Below, in pieces: positions 7,381 to 15,093 of a stretch of 64,000 nt of DNA. The notes beneath the pieces are model-generated. The model was given only the letters and a program-made list of their open reading frames with translations. It was not told the DNA's origin and ran no database searches. Position numbers and translations under genes: made by a program. Numbering within the stretch: the first letter of the stretch is position 1; the number at the start of each line of letters is the position of its first letter. Origin of the DNA: Minisyncoccota bacterium (GTDB lineage: Bacteria; Patescibacteriota; Minisyncoccia; Minisyncoccales; CG1-02-41-26); the NCBI GenBank assembly GCA_028718785.1, contig JAQULB010000002.1, forward strand, positions 84,750 to 148,749, given 5' to 3'.

Positions 7381-9081
7381 ATGCATATAAAACAAAAATT
7401 AATTTTGGCAGTTTTTATTTTTGGTTTAGTTTTTTCTTTTGCGCCGAGATTTTTTGTGTTAGCGAAAAGCGAAGGAGACAGGGAAATCTTTTTTGTTGAA
7501 AAATTATACGACCAAAACCAAAGAAGCCAAGTTGAGTTCCGCTTGGTGAAAATTTCCAACAATGCCTACTTTTATGTTGAAAGCAATTGGTATTTAACCA
7601 TAACTGATCAAGAAAGAGGGTTAATAAATCAAAATTTAGCTATTTTAGCAAGTAGTTTTGATAAGGAAATTTATCCAAAATTAACAAATTTTTGGGGAAG
7701 CGAGTGGAATCCGGGGATTGATAGTGACTCAAAAATAACAGTTGTTTTTGAACAGTTAAACAAAGGAGTGGCTGGTTATTTTAATGATGCTAATGAATAC
7801 CTAAAACAACAGTCGCCTTTTTCTAACCAAAGAGAGATGGTTTTTTTATCAACAGATGTTCTAAAAAGCAGTTTAGCAGAAAGTTATTTAGCTCATGAAT
7901 TTACCCACTTAATTACTTTTAATCAAAAAGACCGGCTTACTGGAACAAGCGAAGATGTTTGGCTTAATGAAGCCCGGGCTGAGTACTCTCCTTTTTATTT
8001 GGGTTATGATGGTCAGCAGAATCAATACAGTAATTTGCAACAAAGAGTAAATGATTTTAGCAACAAGCCATCTGACTCTTTGGTTATTTGGAATGGAGAA
8101 GAAAGCGATTATGGAGTAGTGGATATTTTTATCCAATATTTAGTTGAAAAATATGGCCAAAATATTTTGGTTTCTTCGTTGCATTCAAAAAAAACAGGCG
8201 TTGACTCAATTGACGAAGCATTGTTAAGCAGGGGAGAGGGTAAAAGTTTTTTGCAGATTTTTAACGACTGGGCAACAGCTGTTTTTTTAAATGATTGCTC
8301 TTTGGGGGATGTTTATTATTATAAAAGCAAAGAGTTGATGAATTTACGTTTGCCAGCTAATTTAATTGTTTTGCCTTCAATTGGAAAAACAAATTTATCG
8401 CTTAATTATTCTTTAATGCCATGGTCAAGCAACTGGTATAAGTTTATTGGCTCTGAAGGGGATTTAAAGCTTACTTTCAATTTTGATTCCAAAGCGCTTT
8501 TTGCTTTAAAGTATGTTTTATGCGAAATAAAAGACGGGTGTTCGGTTTTTGGTTTTGATGTTTCTGACTCAAAAAAAGAGTTGGTAATTAATAACTTTAG
8601 CCAGCATTATTTAAGCTTAACCTTAATACCATCAGTTAAACCAAGATTTTCAAATGCAGCTGGACTGGGAGATGTTTATTCTTTTTCAGTTGTGGCTCAA
8701 ACCAGCAACGAGCCATCAAAGTTTCAAGAAGAAGAGTTAATTAAATCGCTTTTAGCGCAGATCGAGCAATTAAAAATTCAAATAGCCAAAGTTCAGGCCC
8801 AGCTTTTAGCAATGGGAAAAACAAACCTTGTGTGTTCTGGCTTTCAAACAAACCTTTATTTTGGCTTGAGTTCAAGCCAAGTTAGTTGTTTGCAAGAATT
8901 TTTAAAAAATCAGGGCCCCGATATTTATCCACAAGGCATTGTTTCTGGATATTTTGGAAATTTAACTAAAACGGCTGTTATTAATTTTCAAGAAAAATAC
9001 GGGATTGCAAGCACTGGGTATGTGGGAGTGTTGACAAGAGCGAAAATTAATCAAATGCTATTGCCAACGCAGCAAAAATAG
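7381..9081 (+). CDS. secreted HExxH metallopeptidase-like protein with C-terminal coiled-coil + peptidoglycan-binding domain
   Basis: The ORF track starts at a TTG (7369); the ATG at 7381 gives MHIKQKLILAVFIFGLVFSFAPRFFVLA (signal). HExxH in YLAHEFTHLITF; coiled coil LLAQIEQLKIQIAKVQAQLLA; PG_binding_1-like LSSSQVSCLQEFLKNQG...GYFGNLTKTAVINFQEKY...LTRAKIN. Confidence 0.7.
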   Translation: MHIKQKLILAVFIFGLVFSFAPRFFVLAKSEGDREIFFVEKLYDQNQRSQVEFRLVKISNNAYFYVESNWYLTITDQERGLINQNLAILASSFDKEIYPKLTNFWGSEWNPGIDSDSKITVVFEQLNKGVAGYFNDANEYLKQQSPFSNQREMVFLSTDVLKSSLAESYLAHEFTHLITFNQKDRLTGTSEDVWLNEARAEYSPFYLGYDGQQNQYSNLQQRVNDFSNKPSDSLVIWNGEESDYGVVDIFIQYLVEKYGQNILVSSLHSKKTGVDSIDEALLSRGEGKSFLQIFNDWATAVFLNDCSLGDVYYYKSKELMNLRLPANLIVLPSIGKTNLSLNYSLMPWSSNWYKFIGSEGDLKLTFNFDSKALFALKYVLCEIKDGCSVFGFDVSDSKKELVINNFSQHYLSLTLIPSVKPRFSNAAGLGDVYSFSVVAQTSNEPSKFQEEELIKSLLAQIEQLKIQIAKVQAQLLAMGKTNLVCSGFQTNLYFGLSSSQVSCLQEFLKNQGPDIYPQGIVSGYFGNLTKTAVINFQEKYGIASTGYVGVLTRAKINQMLLPTQQK

Positions 9082-9089
9082 GGCAGAAT

Positions 9090-9204
9090 ATTATTAAATT
9101 AACCTAATTAACCTAATTATACTAATTAACCTAAATAAATCCCAATGACTAATTCTCAATTGGGATTTGGGGTTTGGTTATTATTTAGAATAATTAGAAT
9201 AATT
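9090..9204 (-). repeat. ~110-bp intergenic repeat, copy 2 (inverted)
   Basis: Its reverse complement reads ...ctaattattctaaataataaccaaaccccaaatcccaattgagaattagtcattgggatttatttaggttaattagtataattaggttaattaggttaattt. The same TTGGGA-N18-TATAAT is present on the minus strand (9145-9116). Confidence 0.85.
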
Positions 9205-9206
9205 TT

Positions 9207-10127
9207 ATGAAAGTTTTAGTAACTGGCGGAGCTGGGTTTATCGGCTCTCATTTAGTGGATAAATTAGTGGAGTTGGGCCACTCTGTTTTGGTTTTGGATA
9301 ATTTAAGCAATGGCAAAAAAGAAAATATCAATCCCAAAGCCGAGTTTCACCAAGTTGATATTTGCGACTTTGAAATAATGTGTTTGTATTTTAAAGATAT
9401 TGATTATGTTTTTCATTTAGCGGCTTTACCAAGAATTCCTTTTTCCATTCAAAATCCAATAGGCACTTCTAATGTTAATATAATGGGAACTATCAATGTT
9501 TTTGAAGCGGCAAAACAAAACAAAGTTAAAAGGGTAATTAGCACCTCATCTTCTTCGGTTTATGGCAATCAAGATAAACTGCCCCTAAAAGAGGATATGG
9601 CGCTTAACCCAATAAGTCCCTATGGATTGCAGAAATGGGTTGGAGAGCAATTTGCTAAACTTTATACTGAAATATACAATTTGCCAGTTGTTTCTATAAG
9701 ACCCTTTAATGTTTACGGGCCTCGTCTTGATGTTGAATCAGATTATTCTTTGGCCTTGGGAAGATTTTTAAAATTAAAATCTCTCAACAAGCCCTTAACT
9801 ATAAATGGGGATGGAGAACAAACAAGAGGGTATTGTTATGTTGAAGATTTAGTTGAGGCGTTTATTTTGGCAATGCAAAGTCAAAAAGTAAAAGGCGGAG
9901 AAGTTATAAACGCGGGAAGCAACAAGGCCTACTCCATTAATTTTTTAGCTGATTTAATCGGGGGAGAAAAAGTTTATGGTCCAGAAAGGCAGGGAGATAT
10001 AAGACACACTCAAGCGGATGTTTCTTTGGCAAAAGAGCTGTTGGACTGGGAACCGAAGATGGATTTTACAGAAGGAGTAAAGAAAACAATTGAATGGTTC
10101 AACGAACAAACGAAAAACGAAAAATGA
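9207..10127 (+). CDS. NAD-dependent epimerase/dehydratase (extended SDR, UDP-sugar epimerase/decarboxylase-like)
   Basis: 306 aa. VLVTGGAGFIGSHLV Rossmann motif; YGLQK-type YxxxK (SPYGLQKWVGE). Confidence 0.85.
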   Translation: MKVLVTGGAGFIGSHLVDKLVELGHSVLVLDNLSNGKKENINPKAEFHQVDICDFEIMCLYFKDIDYVFHLAALPRIPFSIQNPIGTSNVNIMGTINVFEAAKQNKVKRVISTSSSSVYGNQDKLPLKEDMALNPISPYGLQKWVGEQFAKLYTEIYNLPVVSIRPFNVYGPRLDVESDYSLALGRFLKLKSLNKPLTINGDGEQTRGYCYVEDLVEAFILAMQSQKVKGGEVINAGSNKAYSINFLADLIGGEKVYGPERQGDIRHTQADVSLAKELLDWEPKMDFTEGVKKTIEWFNEQTKNEK

Positions 10128-10191
10128 AAAACCACAAGTAAAAATCAAAAATGAGCGAACTTTTTCACTTTTAATTTTTAATTTTATTTAT

Positions 10192-11040
10192 ATGTTAAAC
10201 AAAAAAATTAACGAAATTACAATTGGGATAATGGGCGTTGGCATGGTGGGAGGAGCTTTAAGGGATTATTTTGAAAAAAAAGGCAAGGCGGTTGGGAAAG
10301 ATTTATTTTTATATGACCCGTTTAAGGGTTTTGATTCTGTTGATGAAATCAACAAAGCGGATGCTATTTTTATTTGTGTACCCACTCCTTATTTGAAAGA
10401 TGGCAAGGGATTTGATTTATCTTATGTTGAAGACGCTTTTTCTAAAATAAAAGGAGAAAAAATAATAGTTATAAAATCAACTGCCCTGCCCGGAACAACG
10501 CAAAAGTTTCAAGATAAGTATCCCCAGCATAAAGTTTTGTTTAACCCAGAATTTTTAACAGAGTTAACCGCTGAGCAAGATATGAGTTATCCGGACCGTC
10601 AAATAATTGGCGCAACAGAACAAAGTTTAAATGTGGCTAAAGATATAATGATGCTTTTGCCGTTGGCGCCTTATGAAAAAATAATGCCCTCAACAGAGGC
10701 GGAAATGGTAAAATACTTTGGCAATAATTGGTTTGCTGTTAAGGTGGCTTTTGCCAATCAAATGTATGATGTTTGCTCTAAGTTGGGAATAAACTACGAT
10801 ATTGTTATGGAGGCCGCCGCCGCTGACAAACGCATTGGTCCGTCGCATTTAGTGGCTTTACATAAAGGATATCGGGGTTATGGGGGCAAGTGCCTTCCAA
10901 AAGACATTAAGGCGTTTATTCAGTTTGGGGATTCTTTGGGAGTTGATTTAAAAGTTCACAAAGCCACCGAGGCGGTTAATAATGATTTAATGAAAGCTCA
11001 AAATATTGAAGACCCAGAAAAGTATTCAAAAAGAGAATAA
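10192..11040 (+). CDS. UDP-glucose/GDP-mannose dehydrogenase family protein, short form
   Basis: The ATG at 10192 (MLNKKINEITIGIMGVGMVGGAL) is preferred over the upstream in-frame ATG at 10090 that overlaps the previous gene. Has an NAD-binding GxGxxG and the catalytic-Cys motif GGKCLPKD. Only ~45 aa follow that Cys, so the usual C-terminal UDP-binding domain appears absent. Confidence 0.65.
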   Translation: MLNKKINEITIGIMGVGMVGGALRDYFEKKGKAVGKDLFLYDPFKGFDSVDEINKADAIFICVPTPYLKDGKGFDLSYVEDAFSKIKGEKIIVIKSTALPGTTQKFQDKYPQHKVLFNPEFLTELTAEQDMSYPDRQIIGATEQSLNVAKDIMMLLPLAPYEKIMPSTEAEMVKYFGNNWFAVKVAFANQMYDVCSKLGINYDIVMEAAAADKRIGPSHLVALHKGYRGYGGKCLPKDIKAFIQFGDSLGVDLKVHKATEAVNNDLMKAQNIEDPEKYSKRE

Positions 11041-11061
11041 AATAATAAAAGAAATAAATGT

Positions 11062-11745
11062 ATGACAAAATATGACGCAATAACAAATTTTTTAACTACT
11101 CAATCAACGCAAATTTCAATTACAGGCTTTGTTGTTGGCTTGATTTTAACGGCTGTTCTTTCGTTTGCGCTTGGATTTATTTACATTAGATATGGAAGAT
11201 CTATTTCTAATAAAAGAGCGTTTGCTAAAAATTTTATTTTAGTGGCCATGACCACAATGTTTATTATTACAGTGGTTAAGGTTTCTTTGGCTTTATCTTT
11301 GGGATTGGTGGGGGCTTTGTCTATTATTAGATTTAGAACAGCCATTAAAGAACCAGAGGAATTAGCTTATCTATTTTTGGCTATTAGTATTGGTTTGGGA
11401 TTTGGGGCTGGGCAAATTTTAATTACTTTAATCGCTTTTTTAGCTATAGTTTTGGTTATTTTTATAACTGCTTTTTCTTATAAAAAAGAAAAAAATCAAA
11501 ACCTTTATCTTACAATCTCCGCTGAAAATTTAATTAATGTTTCTTTGGAAAAAATTGTGGAGATTCTTAAAAAATATTGTTCGGGCGTTGTTTTAAAAAG
11601 ATTTGATGAAACAAAAGAAATTTTAGAGGCCTCTTTTTTGGTTGAGTTTGCCAATTTTGAACAACTAAATAAAAGCAAGGCGGAATTGAGGGGGCTTGAC
11701 GATTCTTTAAAGATTAATTTTTTGGATAATAAGGGCGTTCAATAA
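11062..11745 (+). CDS. DUF4956-like integral membrane protein
   Basis: 227 aa with several TM helices. The motif LSIIRFRTAIKEPEELAYLFLAISIGLGFGAGQ matches my recollection of DUF4956. Sits directly upstream of the CotH and VTC genes. Confidence 0.65.
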   Translation: MTKYDAITNFLTTQSTQISITGFVVGLILTAVLSFALGFIYIRYGRSISNKRAFAKNFILVAMTTMFIITVVKVSLALSLGLVGALSIIRFRTAIKEPEELAYLFLAISIGLGFGAGQILITLIAFLAIVLVIFITAFSYKKEKNQNLYLTISAENLINVSLEKIVEILKKYCSGVVLKRFDETKEILEASFLVEFANFEQLNKSKAELRGLDDSLKINFLDNKGVQ

Positions 11746-14420
11746 TGGAAATAAAGAGAGCAGAAAAAAGAATATTCGCGCGTTTTTTCGTTAATAATTT
11801 TAAAAAATTAGTGTTAAAGCGCAAGAGGATAAAATGGCTAATTTTGTTTGTGGTGAGCTTTTTTGTTTTATTGAGCATTGTTTTGTTAAGTATTTATTAT
11901 GGAATGATTTTGCACAGGTCGGGAACAGCTGTTAATATGAAAGAATTTATTTTGGGAGTTTATAAAGAAAATTTTAAAATTATTCCCAATTATTTAAGTG
12001 GAGTTTTTTTAGCCAAACCAGAAAAAATTTTAATTGATATATCTTTTAAAAATTATCAGAAATTAGCTTCTGCCCGTTTTATAGCTTTAGAAACCGGAAG
12101 TTTGCCAAGCTCTCCAGATTATGAGGTGCCCTGTTCCATAAGATATAAAGATAAAACTTATAAGGCCAAAATTCAAGTTAAGGGCACCAGCAATGACAAT
12201 TGGATCCAAAAAAGCAAATGGTCTTTTTCAGTGAAAATTGAAAATAATGAGGCATTGTTTGGGATGACCGAGTTTGCCTTGCAATTACCAAGAATTAGAG
12301 ATTACTTAAATTGTTGGACCTTGCATCAAATGCTTGCTGATTTTGGACTGCCTCATTTAAGATACAATTTTATTGACGCTACTATTAATGGCATTCATCT
12401 TGGCATTTATGCCATGGAGGAACATGCCACCAAGCAATTGGTTGAGAGTAGCGGTTTTTATGAGGCGCCAATTATCCGGTTTGACGAATCGCTTCTTTGG
12501 CAAAGAGAGTTGCCTTTTATTGATGATAATGAAACTTATTCACAAAGCGCGATTGATGGATTTCAAACCAACAAGCTGATAAAAAATGAAGAGCAGTCAA
12601 AAATGTTTGAAAAAGCCAGAAACCTGTTAGAGTCATTTAGAAGGGGGATTTTGCCAGTTAGCAAAGTTTTTGACACAGAAAAATTAGCCAACCTTTTTGC
12701 AGTGATTGATTTGAGCGGGCATCACCATTCAACTGGTTTTGGGGTTATAAGATTTTATTATAACCCGGTTACTTCCTTGCTTGAGCCCATTGGCTATAAT
12801 AACCAAATGATTATTCCTTTGGAGTTTCAGGGTTTGCGGAGCGAAATAAATGCCAACGAGGTTGAGCCAATAGAGCTTATCCAAAGCAAACATTTAAATT
12901 TTCAAAGCGCTTTTTTTAAAGACAAAGAATTTTTTAAACAATATGTGAGAGCTTTAAATAAAATTTCTCAAAAAGAGTTTTTAGATAATTTTTTTACCAA
13001 ACACAAAAAGGACATGCAGGATAAATTGCGAATTTTGTATCAAACTTATCCCGGTTATAAATTTGACAACAAAAAAATTCTTTATAAAAATCAGGACTAC
13101 ATAAAAGTAATTTTAAATCCCAAACAGGCCTTTCAGGCCTATTATAAAAGTTTTTCGCGGGGCTCTTTAATTCTGCAATTGGGCAATATTCAGTCCTTGC
13201 CTGTTGAAATATTGGGAGTTTCTTTTGAAGATAATGAATTTTTTAAACCAGAAAAAGAAATAATTCTTCAGCCAAAAAATACTCATCAAGTAATTGATTT
13301 TGGAGAGTTTATTTTTAAAACGCCAAACGATTTTAACTTTTCTTCTGTGGATCTTGCCAAAATGAAGGTGCAGTATAAAATTCTTGGATTAGACGATGTA
13401 AAAACAGAGTCAATTGACAACTGGCCGTATTTTGACCAAAGTTTTCTTAATGGCGATTTAATTAGACAGAATCCCAACTGGAAAATGTTTTCTTTTTTGC
13501 AAACAGACGAGCTATCAAAAGTTATTTATATAAAACCCGGTTTTTGGAATATTAAGCAAAATTTAATTTTTCCTTCAGGATACACCATAGTTGCTGATAG
13601 AGAAACAACTTTGAATTTGTCTAATAAGGCAACTATTTTATCTTTTTCTCCGTTGCGGTTTTTGGGAGAAGCAGACCATCCAATTATTATTGAATCTCAA
13701 GATAAAACTGGATTTGGCGTGATTGTTTTAAATGCTAAAGAAAAGTCATTTTTACAGAATGTTCATTTTGAAAATTTGTCTGCTCCTGCCGCCTCTTTTG
13801 ATGGCAATTGGTTAATGACGGGCGCTGTTAATTTTTACCAATCGCCGGTTGAATTTTCTTTTTGCAATTTTGGGGCTAATTTGGCCGGGGACGACAATTT
13901 ACATTTAATCCGCACTCAAGTGAATATTTTTGATTCTGTTTTTAACATGAGTTTGGCTGATTCTTTGGACGCTGATTTCACGCAGGGCAAAATAGCCAGG
14001 ACTTCTTTTTATAACTGCGGGTTAAAAGATAGTAATGGAGATTGTCTTGATTTTTCTGGAAGCAATATTGAACTTGAAGATGTTTTTATTAATAAGGTTG
14101 GGGACAAGGGCATAAGCATTGGGGAAAACACTAATATTTTTGGAGATAGAATAAAAATTCAGAATGCTTCTATTTGCGTGGCTAGCAAAGATAAGTCAGT
14201 GGCGGTTTTTAACAATATTTCAATTTTAAATAGTAAAATTGGGTTGGCTGTTTATCAAAAAAAATCAGAGTTTGGTCCAGCCCAGCTTTCGATTAAATAT
14301 TTGAATAAAATAAATATCAAAAGGCCATATTTAGTGGAAGAGGGCTCAATAATGAAAGTTGATGAAAAAAATATTAAGCCCAATGATAAAAATGTTGCTG
14401 AAGAATTATATGGAAAATAA
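11745..14420 (+). CDS. CotH kinase family protein with C-terminal right-handed beta-helix region
   Basis: 891 aa with an N-terminal TM anchor. CotH-like core KIQVKGTSNDNWIQKSKWSFSVKIE...LRYNFIDATINGIHLGIYAMEEH. C-terminal repeats (NLHLIRTQVNIFDSVF, GDCLDFSGSNIELEDVFI, GDKGISIGENTNIFG) are typical of parallel beta-helices. Overlaps the previous stop by 1 nt (TAATG). Confidence 0.75.
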   Translation: MEIKRAEKRIFARFFVNNFKKLVLKRKRIKWLILFVVSFFVLLSIVLLSIYYGMILHRSGTAVNMKEFILGVYKENFKIIPNYLSGVFLAKPEKILIDISFKNYQKLASARFIALETGSLPSSPDYEVPCSIRYKDKTYKAKIQVKGTSNDNWIQKSKWSFSVKIENNEALFGMTEFALQLPRIRDYLNCWTLHQMLADFGLPHLRYNFIDATINGIHLGIYAMEEHATKQLVESSGFYEAPIIRFDESLLWQRELPFIDDNETYSQSAIDGFQTNKLIKNEEQSKMFEKARNLLESFRRGILPVSKVFDTEKLANLFAVIDLSGHHHSTGFGVIRFYYNPVTSLLEPIGYNNQMIIPLEFQGLRSEINANEVEPIELIQSKHLNFQSAFFKDKEFFKQYVRALNKISQKEFLDNFFTKHKKDMQDKLRILYQTYPGYKFDNKKILYKNQDYIKVILNPKQAFQAYYKSFSRGSLILQLGNIQSLPVEILGVSFEDNEFFKPEKEIILQPKNTHQVIDFGEFIFKTPNDFNFSSVDLAKMKVQYKILGLDDVKTESIDNWPYFDQSFLNGDLIRQNPNWKMFSFLQTDELSKVIYIKPGFWNIKQNLIFPSGYTIVADRETTLNLSNKATILSFSPLRFLGEADHPIIIESQDKTGFGVIVLNAKEKSFLQNVHFENLSAPAASFDGNWLMTGAVNFYQSPVEFSFCNFGANLAGDDNLHLIRTQVNIFDSVFNMSLADSLDADFTQGKIARTSFYNCGLKDSNGDCLDFSGSNIELEDVFINKVGDKGISIGENTNIFGDRIKIQNASICVASKDKSVAVFNNISILNSKIGLAVYQKKSEFGPAQLSIKYLNKINIKRPYLVEEGSIMKVDEKNIKPNDKNVAEELYGK

Positions 14421-15093
14421 TTACAGGTTTGAAAAAAAGTTTTTTATTTTCCAACTAACTAAACAAGAAGTGGAAAACAATATAAAGTTTCACCCCGCTG
14501 TTTTTTCAGAGATATATTATGAACGATTTATAAACAATATTTATCTTGATTCTTTTGATTTGCGCAATTATTTTGATAACGCCAATGGCGTTAGCGAGCG
14601 ACGTAAATTAAGGATTAGGTGGTATGGAAATATGTTAGGTAGGGTGGAAAAACCTGTTTTAGAAATAAAAACCAAAATTAGTAATTTGGGATATAAAATT
14701 TCTTATCCATTAACTGAATTTTTTCTTGATAAAGATTTTACAATTAAAACATTAAAAGATATTTTTATTAAATCTCAACTTTCTCAAACATTAAAAAATG
14801 AGCTTTTTTCTTTGGAATTCACTTTACTCAACCGGTACAAGAGAAAGTATTTTCAAAGCAAGGATAAAACATTTAGAATTACCCTTGACTCTGAAATGCA
14901 ATTTTATTCTCTTTTATCTAACTGGAATAATTTTTTAAATAAAAGAACTAGTCAAGAAAATATCATTTTGGAGTTAAAGTGTAATAGTAAGCAGAAGCAA
15001 GAAACAATAAGTTTTATTACTAATTTTTTACCCCATAGAGCGACTAAAAGCTCTAAATACGCTCTTGGGGTGGAAGCATTAAATCCATGGTAA
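14410..15093 (+). CDS. VTC (polyphosphate polymerase / triphosphate-tunnel) domain protein
   Basis: The ATG at 14410 gives MENNYRFEKKFFI...; the ORF-track start at 14359 is a TTG inside cotH. VTC-like pattern RFEKKF...NNIYLDSFDL..Y......RRKLRIRWYG....PVLEIKTK. Confidence 0.75.
   Translation: MENNYRFEKKFFIFQLTKQEVENNIKFHPAVFSEIYYERFINNIYLDSFDLRNYFDNANGVSERRKLRIRWYGNMLGRVEKPVLEIKTKISNLGYKISYPLTEFFLDKDFTIKTLKDIFIKSQLSQTLKNELFSLEFTLLNRYKRKYFQSKDKTFRITLDSEMQFYSLLSNWNNFLNKRTSQENIILELKCNSKQKQETISFITNFLPHRATKSSKYALGVEALNPW

Noticed and set aside
10090-10191. N-terminal extensions offered by the ORF track (10090, 14359, 30471, 31529, 37378, 45526, 62376, 60905, 7369, 29525, 18171, 18790, 19853)
   Set aside because: Most of these starts are TTG codons, or ATGs inside the preceding gene or inside intergenic repeats and hairpins. 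Downstream ATGs give N-termini that match family expectations (Rossmann starts, signal peptides, PseB/PseC/PGK N-termini).
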